Source: Eledone cirrhosa (taxonomy: Eukaryota). From it: DNA of 64,000 nt. Under the pieces are notes generated by a model, which saw nothing but the letters and a program-made list of their open reading frames with translations, was not told the DNA's origin and did no database searches. The DNA is taken from contig OZ024741.1 in the NCBI GenBank assembly GCA_964016885.1, positions 51,956,001 through 52,020,000 of the forward strand. The letters are read 5' to 3'. The number at the start of each line of letters is the position of its first letter. The first letter of the stretch is position 1. Made by a program: the position numbers and the translations under genes. Below, one piece after another: positions 25,267-39,454 of the stretch.

Positions 25267-25539
25267 TTAACCCTTCTGATATCAAACCGCTTGAAGCTGC
25301 CTGAAACCGCCTCCAGTTCTATGATTAAAAAAACTGTGTATTTTAAAGCATTTATAGTTATCTAAAATACCTTCCATCATAATTTTATATAAGAACTTTT
25401 GTTATGTTCTAAATATCAACTTGATAATGAGAAAGTTAGTAATGTTACTGAATTCAGCTAAGTTCTTGATTATTTTCAAAATGATTTAAAAATCATAGAC
25501 ACTGTCATTCATTAGAAATATGGTAACGAAATGACTAAA
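25267..25539. mobile_element. Possible decayed piggyBac-type MITE
   Basis: Starts TTAACCCTTCTGAT and ends GTAACGAAATGACTAA, a degenerate form of ...GAAAGGGTTAA. Confidence 0.3.
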
Positions 25540-25626
25540 TACTCATCGCAGAAGTCGAATTAACAGCTTCTGTTTTTTGACAAACAGTTAAACCGTGTGA
25601 CACCAACAGAACTATCTAGAGGATCA

Positions 25627-25770
25627 ATGGTGGTGAATTGGCAGAGTCATCAGAATTTCGGATTAAATACCTTGCCGTATTTGTACCGGCTCTCTAAGCT
25701 CTAAGTTCAAATCTACCTGCAGCAGATTAACTTTGCCTTTCATCCTTTCGGGGTCGATAAATAAAGTATC
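25627..25770 (+). mobile_element. Decayed copy of the 912-1096 SINE
   Basis: TGGTGAATTGGCAGA, AGTTCAAATC, CTTTGCCTTTCATCCTTTCGGGGTCGATAAATAAAGTA. Confidence 0.75.
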
Positions 25771-27499
25771 AATTCAGGAGAAGTGTATTGGGGGAACTGT
25801 TATAGATGATTCATGATATTTGTTTTGCCTCCTTGCGTTCTAGGTTCAAATCCTGTTTCCTGATAACGGGGAAAATGGGGATATAATATGACTGGGACCC
25901 CTATCATGAAACGACCAAGAAACCTTCTATGAGACGCAATATCACAGAAGATCGGTTTAACCTACGCAGATGTGAGCCCTAACAACAATAACAAAAACAA
26001 CTATAAATCCCACCGCTGCCGTCACCACCACCAGCACCACCAACACCACCACTACAATTTAGCATCTCGCCATCTTTTTTTTTGTTTATTTATTTAATTA
26101 GTTTTAATTGGTGGTTTCAACCTAGAATCGAAACCATAATCACTCGGCTCATTGGAAGTAAACCATTTTCTCTCTAGCACTTGCCATTTTCAGATCAAAA
26201 TTGATTTTAAAAATCACCTCCATTTTCACGTTTTAGGTTAAATTTCATTATATGTGAAGTTATGTTCTAGTGTTTTGCTTTATCTAAATGGAATGCTGAA
26301 CTACTTTAAATAACACATATATATAGTAATTATCTCGATCATTAGACTGTTAATTATGTCTCATATGTCTGTCTACACGCGTGCTACGCCGAAATAGAGG
26401 TTATATCAGGTAACCCGAATCAGCCGTGACATTTTCAGTTACGCAAATTTATAACTTCGTGATAATAATTGTTTCTACTTTTGGCACAAGGCCAGCAATC
26501 CTATTGTGTGCAAAGGAGACCTTTCCAAACTGTCTTTATTCTTGATTCACACTAAATGAAGACAAGATGAAGTACACGGAAATATATGTGTGTATATGCG
26601 TGTATATGTGAGAGAGTATGTCTGCGTGTGTGAGTGTGTCTAAGTAAGGCCGCCAATGAGCCATAAATCGAAATAAACAAATCTATACCAACCCCATGCT
26701 ATCCATGCAAGCAAATGCAATAAATTCCAATCCTACTAAGGGACCTTTATGTCAGAAGCCTGTCAACGAGGAACTCAGTCAATATTGTATGTAAAGCATA
26801 GAACTTTTGGAGTGTTGAGGAGTTATGAGGTTCAAAGAAAATATAAGAAATTCAGGAGTGGAAAATAACTGTATATATAGTCGGTTGCTGTAAATAATAA
26901 CTTAGAAAATCGGGTAAAATACCCTTGTGGACGCAGAAAAAGAGGCCAGCAGTTACTACGAAGAATTGAATTCTGTATCTTTCAAATACCAACTGACTGC
27001 CTTAACCATTGAGTTATTTGACCTCCGACGGTGGCCGCTTTCCCCCGTTAATAGAGATTTTCTACTCGATTTTCTAAGCTATTATCTACAGCAACCGACT
27101 GTATTTACAGTAATTTCTGCGTCTGAGTTTCTTATATTTATTTCTCTTTCTCTCTGTCTGTATGTCTGTCTATCTGTTTCTGTATCTCTCTCTTATATAT
27201 ATATATATTGTTATACTTGGGGAGAGTCATATTGTTGAAGGAAAGTGACAAAGGCGAAAGTGACAAAGGCGATGTTTTTTTCTTTTGCCGTACTCTTTTT
27301 CTGTCGTTCTCATCACTATCGTCTCTGTTTTTTTTTGTTATTTTCTTCCCTGATAACTATGCCTCTTAAATATTAACGCACTGTGGTGAGATGTATTGTC
27401 TTTAATGCATCGAAACATCAGCGATCCACAGCAGACAGCTGAAGAGCGGTAATTGTCCATATGTTTGTGTGTTTCTCTTACGTTTTCTAAATGATGTGC

Positions 27500-27555
<56 letters not shown>

Positions 27556-27559
<4 letters not shown>

Positions 27560-27620
27560 AGCGTGAAACTAATAAACCTTTGTTTGTAATGCCTCTCTGT
27601 TTTCGTTCCCGTTCCAATTT

Positions 27621-27625
<5 letters not shown>
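27556..27625 (+). repeat. PLE 3' terminal fragment in (TA)n
   Basis: Matches the reverse complement of the termini at 38240-38310 and 42531-42600; contains AATAAA. Confidence 0.7.
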
Positions 27626-27654
<29 letters not shown>

Positions 27655-27655
<1 letters not shown>

Positions 27656-28317
27656 AATGATATGTTTAAGAAGCCTAAGACAATGCGAAATGGACGGTAA
27701 AATGAAGGTAACGAAAAAGTTTAACTGCTATTTATTATTATTGTTTTTTTTTTCGTCGTGACATTTCGGGACTTAAACATTTCTATTAAAAATGTTACTA
27801 TATTTATGTGTTGGAGGAAAATGCTTCATAATAAGGGAGAGAAAGATCTTAGCTAATGGTCTGGCCACCTCCATATTATATGGTGGGTTATACCATATAA
27901 TGCGTCGGGATCTATTTTTCCTAGGTCTATTCTCGTACTCTATATAAGCTACCTTATCGACAAATCCACTATGAGCAAGAGCTTCATTGTAATAAGTGGA
28001 ATGGTCGTTGAAAATATGCTCGTTTGTAGATAGACGGGAAAGCCTCAAAGAAACGTTTCTTACCAGGTTCTTGGTTATGCTGGCAGGATGGTTAGAATGC
28101 TTACTTATGTAATTAAGCGTATCATTCTGCTTTCTATACGGGTAGTGCAAGCCATTCGATAAATTGAGGGTAACGTCGAGGTAATTAACGACCGAGAGGT
28201 TGGCCTCAACCTGTATGGAGAGGTTGAAGCCTTTAAAGAAGGCTGTGAGTTCTTTTCTGAACCTGTCGCAAGCACGTGGGTCGCACTTTGTCATGGTCAA
28301 AAGACCATCATCACGGT

Positions 28318-28320
<3 letters not shown>
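27655..28320 (-). mobile_element. Penelope-like element (Naiad-type) RT fragment joined to a pLTR-like end
   Basis: YRDDGL, NYLDVTLNL, SNHP, RRIIWYNPPY, KHFP..H..IFNRN, then GAAATGTC and AATAAA. (TA)n on both sides. Confidence 0.85.
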
Positions 28321-28391
<71 letters not shown>

Positions 28392-29035
28392 GGGGGGGGG
28401 GGTCAGATAGATAATTAAATAAACAATCCAAGCAGAAGTAAAGCTGTTGTGTAGTACAAAAAAAATGTTATGTAGTATTAAGATATGTATATGTAGCGAG
28501 ATAATTATATTTAAAACAGTTTCTATGTGAGTTTATGGTGAATGTAAGGTGATAATTGTTCTGGTAATGTTTAAATGTAGATGTGTAGATGTGTTGTGAG
28601 TATTAATATTGAGGTTTCTTTTTCAATTTCATTAGTTATATTTAAGAAATATTTTAAAATAATATTTAAATAGATACAATTATGGATTGTATATTGCCCT
28701 TATTATAATCTGATTAAGGGTTATAATTGTTCTGAAGTGATCTCTTTTATATAGTCAGATGTTAATTTTTCGAGTTGGTGTGGTTATGCCTAACGGTTTT
28801 AATTCAAAGAAGTGATTGGAGATCTTCACTAAAGGGAGCTAATGGGAAAGGGAAGGTAATTGAAGATTTATTTATGTATAACAGAAATATATAATCTAGT
28901 GTTAGTTGTTTATATATCCTATTAATTTAATGTTATGTGTTAATATACATTATATTATATTATAAGTGAATCCTTATATAATGCTATTTATTTTAATATT
29001 TATTTTATATATATAATCTGTTTTTTTATATAATA

Positions 29036-29334
29036 CTAGTTGAGGTACCCAGCTTCGCCAAGGTTAACAAATGATAAGAGAAGACCGGCAGAAGAGAAAA
29101 TGTCTGTATTGAATGCATTGTCTTGTTTACAGTGTGTGTGTATTGTGTGTGTGTGTGTATGTTTGTGTGTGTTTGTGTATATATATATAGTGTGTGTGTG
29201 TATATATATATGTGTATGTGTGTGCCTGTGTGAGTGTTTGTGCGTGTGCGTGTGCGTGTGTGTGTATGTGTGCGTGTGTGCGTGTGTGCGTGTGTGCGTG
29301 TGTGCGTGCGTGTGTGTGTGTGTGTGTCCGCGCG

Positions 29335-29382
<48 letters not shown>

Positions 29383-30772
29383 CCACCGTTGGAATCGGAG
29401 ACATAGGCCGCGAAACACGATCATTACTGACAACGAACTCGCAGAGAGAATCCATTATGGTTGATTCCCAACCTGCTAGAAATAGCAGTCAGGTTGGTTA
29501 GCATACGTGGTATGTCTTTCTTCTTTGGTGTTATAAAATTAGTATCAATAAACTTTCCTGGATATACTCTTATCCCAACCTGTACATACTTTCCGATTGT
29601 CACTTTTCGTTTTTTTCGTGTGATACGCGAAGGAACCAACCGACAAACATCTCTCTTTTATATCTCTTTTATTTGTTCATTCAAAATATTTTTCAGCTAA
29701 TTCTGTCGAACAATATACATCAGCAATCGTTATCTAATGTTTAAAACATATGAATAGCTGCGATATATGCACCATATCAATCAAAAACGATATAAGAATT
29801 GAATACCATACTAAAGCGCCAGTAAGCTTGCTAAGAAGCTGCAGATAGAAATGTTAATAAATACAACATTTGGCTTGGGTAAACTTTAAGATGTTATTTC
29901 ATTGTAGGTTTCTTTTCTCAGCCAGTACGTTAAAGAAAATTGATAGTTACAACAATAAATGTTGAACAGAGAACACATTTTTTAACAAACTTTACAATAA
30001 TTTGTACAACCATAATGGAAATTCAAGTAACAGAAGATACATAAATTACATTGCTAGAGCCTCAGAGTATACAATATTTTTTTGTTCGGCCCTCGGGAGC
30101 AAAGATGAAGAGATTGTTTGGCGAGCTCTCTCTAGAGCATCCTACATACAATTGACCATGGTTTTCCCAGATGAAGGCCAGCAACTTTTAGGGTTTGACC
30201 CTGAGCTTTGTTGATGGTAATCGCGAAGCTTAGTCTCTCTGTTGCTCTAGTAACATTTTTTCTTCTGGAAAATCTGATCTTGCGGCCAGGCTAGGACTTT
30301 TTGGGTGGCATATCGGCAGTAACAATGACAATAAGCCGTCTGTGCTTTCGTGAAATAAATACGTTTGTCTATATTTTGTTTTTCTGTACACGAATATATA
30401 ATTATATATATAAGCAAAGAATCGCTGCTTTCACCCATAACGGGATCTTCTAAAACTAAAAAAATCGATCTGTGAAAGCAGAAGTAAACATTTCGAAAAA
30501 CGTTGCAACCGAAAGAAAACAGGAAGATGATACTTTGGTTCGTGAAGACGTTAGGAATGTCGTATAACCGGAATTGTTGACATTTGAAAATTTTAAAGAA
30601 GTGAATATTTAAATAATGTCTTTAATCTTTTAACAAAATTCAATAGACAAAAATACCCTCACTTTCTTACTTGGAAAAAGTTACATCTATGGTGCAAATT
30701 TGGTGCCGTTTGGTCCAGCCGCTTGGCGGAAAGTTTGTTACTTACATACAACTGTCAGCTTTATAGTATACA
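29036..30772 (-). mobile_element. Non-autonomous Helitron
   Basis: 3' hairpin CCTTGGCGAAGCTGGG + CTAG|T at 29036; 5' end T(G)TATACTATAAAG near 30772 (TC mutated); internal Pif1 remnant. Confidence 0.7.
30046..30236 (-). pseudogene. Helitron RepHel Pif1-helicase C-terminal remnant
   Basis: Manual translation across indels: RLSFAITINKAQGQTLKVAGLHL...HGQLYVGCSR...TKNIVYSEAL. Confidence 0.85.
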
Positions 30773-31142
30773 TTTAAAGGTCCCAGTTGTCTACTACTTA
30801 CTTATATATTAATTAAATGAATAAAATATTAGTAAGGAATATATTATAGTTATATTAAGTGGTGGTAGATGTATGTTTATTCTCTATAGTTATTATTGAG
30901 TATAGGATCTGAGATAAATAGGAGATAAATGAAGGAATAAGTTGATACAAAAATGTGATGATGTGGGGATATTTTATGCTGATAAAACCTAGAGGTAAAG
31001 TGTTAACGGTGGTGAGGAATCTAGATCTGAAATTGTTATATATTAGCAGCTAGGTTTGAAATTGTGGAAAGAGTGTCGGTGGTAGAGTTGACACGTGGAA
31101 AAAATTTCAGACTTTCTATTTAAAAGATTTAGCTTAGAATAG

Positions 31143-31235
<93 letters not shown>

Positions 31236-31596
31236 TAGTATATGAGTGTGTGTGGGAATGAGGGCATATGTGTGTGTGTGTGAGTGTGTTTGTAGGTTCC
31301 TGACCATTAGCCATTGTTAGCTTAAGTGAACCTTAAAAATCAGGAGTGGCACTCCCAGTGTGAACCTGTCTATAGCATTTTTTCTGCCTTTGTTACTCTA
31401 AATATAGTTTTTAAAGAATTCCCTTTTCTTTAAATCCAATGACCTCCACCCATCCCAATAACCACCCTCTCCTACCACCAGAAAAGTTATAAATACCACC
31501 ACATTACTTGGACAGTCGGCTTCCTGATGATTTCTTCCGAATGAAACAGTTCTAGTCCTGTAGAAACCATTTCTATATATACATCCTACTTTTATC

Positions 31597-31624
31597 CTGA
31601 TGAAGGGCTCATGCCCGAAACGTC
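31597..31624 (+). ncRNA. HHR core (stem I not evident) in a PLE terminus
   Basis: CTGATGA-AGGGC-TCAT-GCCC-GAAACGTC. Confidence 0.55.
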
Positions 31625-31712
31625 GTCCCCCACCCCCACTCTCAAGCATGAACCTAATACTAACACTGTTTGTACTGCACTCTTCCTTACTGTTTTTGTT
31701 TTTTGTTTCTAA

Positions 31713-31747
<35 letters not shown>

Positions 31748-31928
31748 CGGCGATGAATTAGTTTTGCGAGGTTTTTTATATGAAATCGTGTGTCGAAACA
31801 GATATTGAGGACCGAGTAAGTTAGATCGCAGATATAAAAGACAGCGAGAAGCGAAAACCAACCAAACAGTGAGTGTGTTCTGTTATTAATTCTGGCAATA
31901 TTACGCAAATATGACCCTCCCCAAATAT

Positions 31929-32009
<81 letters not shown>

Positions 32010-32020
32010 AAAAAGTATGA

Positions 32021-32114
32021 CCCCAACGGCAGAGCTCAAGCCGTTTCGACGGCTATTTCTGGACTAAATTAGAATTTTTAGCCTGGTGAATAAATAGCCG
32101 AACTTGTCAAGGGG
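32021..32114 (-). ncRNA. Type I HHR, U3-A8 core variant
   Basis: CCCC-TTGACAA-G..CGGCTATTT...AAATAGCCG.C-GAAA-CGGC..GCCG-TT-GGGG; all three stems pair. Confidence 0.7.
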
Positions 32115-32948
32115 GTACTTCCTTATATGGGAAGATTGTAGTTGTCAAGAGGATTGGTTAAAATTTGTTGTAAACACAAATAAGTCTATCATGGCATTTG
32201 GTGGGAGGTAGGGGTGGCTGAACTTGCCTGTAGAACAATAGGGGAGGGAGTGGAGCGATCAAGCGTTGAAAGTGATAGGTATACATCAGATTCTAAGGAT
32301 AGTGTATGAAGTGGGGGAGGGAGGTTATAGAATAGGTAAATCGAAAGAAAGTAGAAGACAATAAAAGATACTAGAAAAAAAAAAAATATATATATATAAA
32401 ATTAGATAGTGAGAAATGAATAAAGGAATCACAATACTATCTTACAATTACAGGTTAATAAGTTGAGAATAGAAAAAACTTATAGAAATTACAAAACAGA
32501 TACAAACTTAAAGGGGTTTTTAACACATCTGCTATAAGTAGTTAGTAAAACGTATTCGGCCAATTCTATCTTAAAATAACAGGGGTGGGGGAACTGATGC
32601 TACAAGGCCCGATGGGCTGCATCGGGGTAGGCGAAAGGGGAAAGCAGACGAGGAAGAAAATAGGGGGTGGAAGGAAGTGATAGGATGAGACAGGGGGAAG
32701 AAGACAAAGATTAAAAGAAAAGGCAGACAAGGGCCGATACCCCCTACACACACACACTTGTCGAATAAGTTAGGGGAAACCCCTGCTTACATAGGTAAAT
32801 GTATTTCTTTTCTATATATATACAGTATATATACATACATTCATACATACATACATATATAAATAAATATATATATATAAAAACAAATAACGAAACGAAA
32901 TTAAATTTCGTTTCGCTTCTAACTCACTTTTGTATGACTGACGCTTAA

Positions 32949-33464
32949 ACAATTAAGTTAAAGTGTACATCTACATATGTATATGGAAGTACTAGTATGC
33001 ATATAAATACACACATGTATACATATGTACATGTACTGAGTTTTTCACTAGACACTTTACAGTGAGTGTCCAGCTAGTCTGTATGTAAACAAACAGACGA
33101 ACCGGGTTTTAAAGTCATACGAGTTTTCAAGGAAACACACTTCCTCTATTCTCCAGAGAGCCAGACAGGAATATTGGACTAGTTTCGATGTTATTACATC
33201 TCATCAGCAATATATACCCATCTTCCGGCTTCTCTAGAGAATTGTAAAAGCACATATCGTTATATGCTTTTTCTATGAAAATCAGTAGTGGGCAGACTAA
33301 TTTGCATAGAACGTGAGTCATTGTACGCACCGGTTCAGCGGAAACGATAAAAACAAAGTGTCTAGTGAAAAACTCAGTACATGTACATATGTATACATGT
33401 GTGTATTTATATGCATACTAGTACTTCCGTATACATATGTAGATGTACACTTTAACTTAATTGT
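32949..33464. repeat. Inverted repeat (110-bp arms, 32949-33058 and 33355-33464) around an HHR; PLE-like
   Basis: Arms are near-perfect reverse complements; (TA)n follows. Confidence 0.85.
33171..33213 (-). ncRNA. Minimal type I hammerhead ribozyme, canonical
   Basis: ATATTG-CTGATGA-GATGT-AATA-ACATC-GAAA-CTAG-TC-CAATAT: 6-bp stem I, 5-bp stem II, palindromic ACTAGT stem III, GUC site. Confidence 0.88.
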
Positions 33465-33472
33465 ATATATAT

Positions 33473-33511
<39 letters not shown>

Positions 33512-33520
<9 letters not shown>

Positions 33521-34035
33521 GACGTAAAATAAGAAAATTTTAAAAATTAAAAATTAACTTACTTACTAAAATTTTCACTCCAACTAATTAGTTTCTGTAA
33601 GGGAATAAATATAGTTACGCAACGTAACTATAGGCAAAACTTGCCAAAATTTACTGCTATGGTTCATGGTAGTAGTTAGGCTCTTGTCATAATACCACCC
33701 CACTCCTCACTGATTAACCTCAGTGTCACGTGATTGATTCTTTAGAATTTGCCACTGACCAAGTAGGCAGTGAATTTTTTCAGTGCCCTGGAATTTAGTC
33801 CCCGCTAGCTTTATTCCATCCACTGAATTATTATTTTTATATGGGTTCCTAGTGTCCACGCATTGCCTGGGAACTTAGCTGAGAATAGAGTCCCTGATGA
33901 CGTAAGGACTTCTCTATAGTTACGTTGCGTAACTATATTTATTCCCTTACAGAAACTAATTAGTTGGAGTGAAAATTTTAGTAAGTAAGTTAATTTTTAA
34001 TTTTTAAAATTTTCTTATTTTACGTCTTTCATATA
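33512..34035. repeat. Inverted repeat (~122-bp arms, 33512-33633 and 33914-34035)
   Basis: Arms appear to be exact reverse complements; the left arm starts at (TA)n. Confidence 0.88.
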
Positions 34036-34141
34036 ATTGTTCTGCATCCCGCTGCATAGAACCACAAAGGTACTAAGACATAACATATATATTTGCTAGC
34101 ATGGGTATACATCTGTATACATATGTTGGTAGATATACTAA

Positions 34142-34182
<41 letters not shown>

Positions 34183-34346
34183 AAATATGGGAAAACTGGC
34201 AACCTTGGCGTATAATAAACGAAGCCAAATTTTACATATTTGACTTAATTATTTTACATTTCTCCGGAGTAAATAAATCAACCTGCGTACCTCGTCGAGT
34301 GTTCCATTCTGCATACTGAGGTGTCCGTAAACAACCAACATATACT

Positions 34347-34461
<115 letters not shown>

Positions 34462-34755
34462 GAGAGAGAGAGAGAGAACGAGAGTGAGTGAGAGGGAGAG
34501 ATAGAAAGATATCTATATATCTATATATATATAATATAAAAGAGAGATGTTTATTGGTTGGCTGGCTGGCTGGTTGCACGAAAACAACACACACACACAC
34601 ACAAACACACACATATATATATACATACATACACACACATCTAAAGGAGAGAGAGACAGAGGGAGAGGCAGAAACAGAGAGATATCCCGTTATACAGAGA
34701 AATATACAACTAAAGTGTTAGAAATTCAGAGGGAGAGAGAAAGAGAGAGAGGGAG

Positions 34756-34810
<55 letters not shown>

Positions 34811-34950
34811 GAGAGAGAGGGAGAGAGAGAGAGACGCTGCATAAAAGTCTTTGATTTACAGAACAAAGGAAAAATTGATACTATTTGAAATTAATCTACG
34901 GTGTTTATTTAGTTAACTTTTTGAGGATAGTGTCATGTTATTATTGACCT

Positions 34951-35083
34951 AATCGCTGCTTTCACCCTTAACGGGATCTTCTGAAACTAATGAAATCAAT
35001 CTGTGAACGCAGAAGTAAATATTTCGAAAAACGTTGCAACCGAAGGAAAATAGGAAGACGATACTTTGGTTCGTGAAGACGTT
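34951..35083. repeat. Second copy of Helitron-internal segment 30420-30552
   Basis: AATCGCTGCTTTCACCC...TTGGTTCGTGAAGACGTT in both. Confidence 0.8.
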
Positions 35084-35240
35084 CCCTGGCAATGAACGAA
35101 AAAAAGCGAAGATAATACGTCATTATGTGGAACGATGAGAACAATTACACGCAAAAACAAAACCACGTTTATGGTATAAATGAAGTCGTAGACTAATATT
35201 CTATTTAGGAAACCGAATGATTCTCGGCTTCAGAGTTAAG

Positions 35241-35348
35241 AATAATTGTTTCTACTTTGGGCACAAGGCCAGCAATTATCCCAGTGTATCACTGGTAATT
35301 TATTTTATCGACCCCGTAAGGATGAAAGGGTAAGTTAACCTCGGCGAG
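35241..35348 (-). mobile_element. 3' half of the 912-1096 SINE family
   Basis: Reverse complement of CGCCGAGGTT.ACTT.CCTTTCATCCTTACGGGGTCGATAAA...GGCCTTGTGCC.AAAGTAGAAACAATTATT. Confidence 0.8.
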
Positions 35349-35514
35349 AATAATGTAAATAAATTAGTAGAACGAAAATGACAGAGGTTATTGAAATCAA
35401 CAATAATTAAATATATACATACAATAAATATTTACTCTAGGGTTCTTATATACTTGATATATATTTATCCTTATCGAGCTCTCTTTGGATTTTAGTCTTC
35501 ACATTTATTATTAT

Positions 35515-35569
<55 letters not shown>

Positions 35570-35748
35570 GGGGGGGGGGGGGGGTAACAATAAATCGTTA
35601 AAGGTAATCCGATAAGAGTCTGTGAAAACTACTTATCATGGACAATTTAAGCGTACGGTGCTGTGTGACTCAACAAGAGGTTTACGTGGGTGACGAGTTT
35701 ATGACTTCACTTGTATTCCTATGTAAATATATCTTGGAGTAATAAAAA

Positions 35749-36595
<847 letters not shown>

Positions 36596-36620
36596 ATACA
36601 TATATATATATATATATATA

Positions 36621-38224
36621 TAATGAAAAATTGAACAGGGACAGAACAAAGAGGCAGTACGACAAATGTTTATTAAATTCACGCTCAGGAGAGTGGGGGG
36701 TAGGTGGGGGACGACGTTTCGGGCATAAGCCCTTCTTCAGGTGAGAGTTCAAAAGGTGTGTAGGGGAGTGGTGGAGAGACATATAGCGAAAGGAAACGGT
36801 GCGAATGAAAAATTAACAAATAAAGACAAAAATATAATAAATAATAAATAAAAATAAAGCATGATCAAAATACAAGGAATGAGAAATTTTAAAAATAAAG
36901 GCATGATCAAAATAAGCTGAAATTAAAAGGGGGGTAAACAGGTGGTGGAAGGGTGTGGGGTGAGTAGAGGTGGTGGCGGGTGGAGTGGGGAGAGGGAGAC
37001 GGGGTGTCCGAGCGGGGAGGGCTGAAGGTGGTGTGTGTGGTTAGGTGTGCGTGTGTGTGTGTGTGTGTATGTGAAAGTGAGGGTTGGGGGAAGAACGGGG
37101 TTGCATGTTCAGGAAGGTGTGTGTGGGGGGTGTTTTTGTGGGTCGGAGGGTCTGTGCGTGTGTGGATAGGGGGGTGGGGGGAGAGGAATCAGGGGGCTGA
37201 GGGTGTAAATATGTGGTGGGAAGTACGTGTGTGTGGTTTAAGCGTGTTGTGGGTGTGGGTGGCGTGTGGATAAAAAAATTTGTTTTGGGGTGTGTGTGTG
37301 TGGGTGAGTATTGTAGGTGGTGGTGTAAGAGGGTGGTTGAAAAGTGGTAAGTTACACGGATGTATGGAGATTTTGGTGAGAAGTCAAAACGCGTGTGGGT
37401 AATCCAAGAAGCGGTGGTCGGAAGAGGAGAGATGTGGGGTGTGCGCGCAACAGGAAGTGGTCAGCAGTGGAAGTGCTGTGGTCAGTTGGTGCTGAGACAG
37501 TGGTCGGAAGGGCATAGCAGCAGTCGGCGGAATGGTAGGGAGGCGAGGATGGGTAGGTGTGAGAGTTGGAGTGAGGAGGGTGTGTGTGTGTGTGTGTATT
37601 AGTGGGGTGTTAGTGGGATGAGTGAGTGTGGAGCGGGGAGAGAAGAGTGTGTGTGGTTCTATGGAGGGAGTGTGGTGTACTGGTGTGTGTGTAGTTTGGT
37701 GAAGAGGTGTTAGTGGGTGTTAATATACGGGAGGTGGGGAGGGGTGGAATGCAGGTGTGAGTGGGGGTTAGTGGGGGTAGGGTGTGTAGAGTTGGTGGTG
37801 TACGAGGGTGTGTGGGTACGTGTGCGTGGGGTTGGAGGGTGTTAGTGATGTTAGTTGCGTGGGGGTGGGTGGTGTAAGTGGGTGCGTGTGTGCGTGTGAT
37901 AAGGAGGGGGAGGAGGAGAAGAGGGGAGGGAAGGGATGTTAGTATGTTAGTTGGGGAAGGGTGGTCAGATGAGGGGTGGAGTGGAGGTGTTAGTATTGTT
38001 AGTGTGGGGTGGGCGGTGAAAAGGAGGGGTGTGTTAGTGGTGTTAGTGGGAGATAAGTGTGGGGGGAGGGGGGCGGTCGAACGCTAAAGGAATAAGGGTG
38101 GGGAGTTCAGGCCGGGGGGAGTGTGGGTCTGTAAGATGAAGATAGTACGTTGTTCGACCGTAAGGCGATGGGCGGGTGTTCCGTGGCACTGGAGTAGGCC
38201 ACAGACTGTGAGATGGCGTGCGGA
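36621..38224 (-). mobile_element. PLE 3' part: GIY-YIG C-terminus + long CA-rich region + HHR core
   Basis: HLTVCGLLQCHGTPAHRLTVEQRTIFILQTHTPPGLN at about 38220-38105; HHR core 36713-36740; (TA)n flanks; homologous to 42531-44452. Confidence 0.8.
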
Positions 38225-38457
38225 ATATATATATATAGTAAAAAAAATTGAACGGGAATAAAACAGAGAGGCAGTACGAACAAAGGTTTATTAGTTTCAC
38301 GCTCTTGAGAGTGGGTGGTGATAAGTAGGACCCCGACGACTGAGCTCAAGCCGTTTCGACGGCTAATTCTGGACGGCCAATTCTGGATATATATATATAT
38401 ATATGTAAGTATGTATGTATACGTACATACATATATGTATACAGATGTACAGTAGCA

Positions 38458-38546
<89 letters not shown>

Positions 38547-38759
38547 GCATACAGGTACACATACATACAGGTACACATACATAAGTAAGTGCCATACTAA
38601 GAGTGAGAAATGAAATTTCGTTTTCATTTTTTTCAACTTATCGTTTTCGGTATGCCTGACCGATTTAACTCACTCAATATGCAAATTAGGCTGCTCAGCC
38701 GTTAATTTTCATAAGGAAAGTATATACTTTCGAACGTTCAACTATCTGGCAGATGGGTA

Positions 38760-38804
38760 AACGGTGCTGATGATAGCTAACAAGCTTGAAACTAGTACAT
38801 CGTT
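38760..38804 (+). ncRNA. Minimal type I HHR
   Basis: AACGGTG-CTGATGA-TAGC-TAACAA-GCTT-GAAA-CTAG-TA-CATCGTT. Lies in a ~540-bp unit with direct repeats (38583-38641 and 39061-39119) and inverted repeats. Confidence 0.8.
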
Positions 38805-38962
38805 CCTGTGTCAGTGTTTAACAAAAAGGTGACGTGGGTGCCTTAACACCGTATGGCATAAATTCAGGCTGTTCGGTTTGTTGACAAACAAACGAACAAA
38901 GCGGCGTTATAATAAACGTCGGCTAAACTGATGCGTGCATATATATATGTGTACCTGTATGC

Positions 38963-39003
<41 letters not shown>

Positions 39004-39144
39004 TGCTACTGTACGTCTGTATACATATATGTATGTACGTATACATACATACTTACATTTAAGTAAGTGCCATACTAAGAGTGAGAAATGAAATTTCGTT
39101 TTCATTTTTATCAACTTATATATATATATATATATTTGAAAGTG

Positions 39145-39181
<37 letters not shown>

Positions 39182-39382
39182 ATGAAAAATAACCGAGGTG
39201 TCCTACACGAGTGAAAGTATAAAGAAAAAAAGATGAAATCGAAAATACAACTGGAGTCTTATTAAAAAAATATATATATATATTTATTTGGTTCCTTTAC
39301 CGGTTTCGCAGTTCTTCTGCTTTTCAAAAGTAGAGTTGAGATGGAGGGTCTGTGGTTTAGAGAGAGAGAGAGGGAGAGAGAG

Positions 39383-39454
<72 letters not shown>

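Noticed and set aside
33893-33937. Hammerhead at CTGATGA-CGTAA...TTACG
   Set aside because: No GAAA follows stem II; the sequence folds back instead, so it is at most a half-motif.
37600-38060. Interstitial telomeric repeats (TGTTAGTGGG-like)
   Set aside because: Not tandem TTAGGG/TTAGG; part of the PLE CA-rich region.
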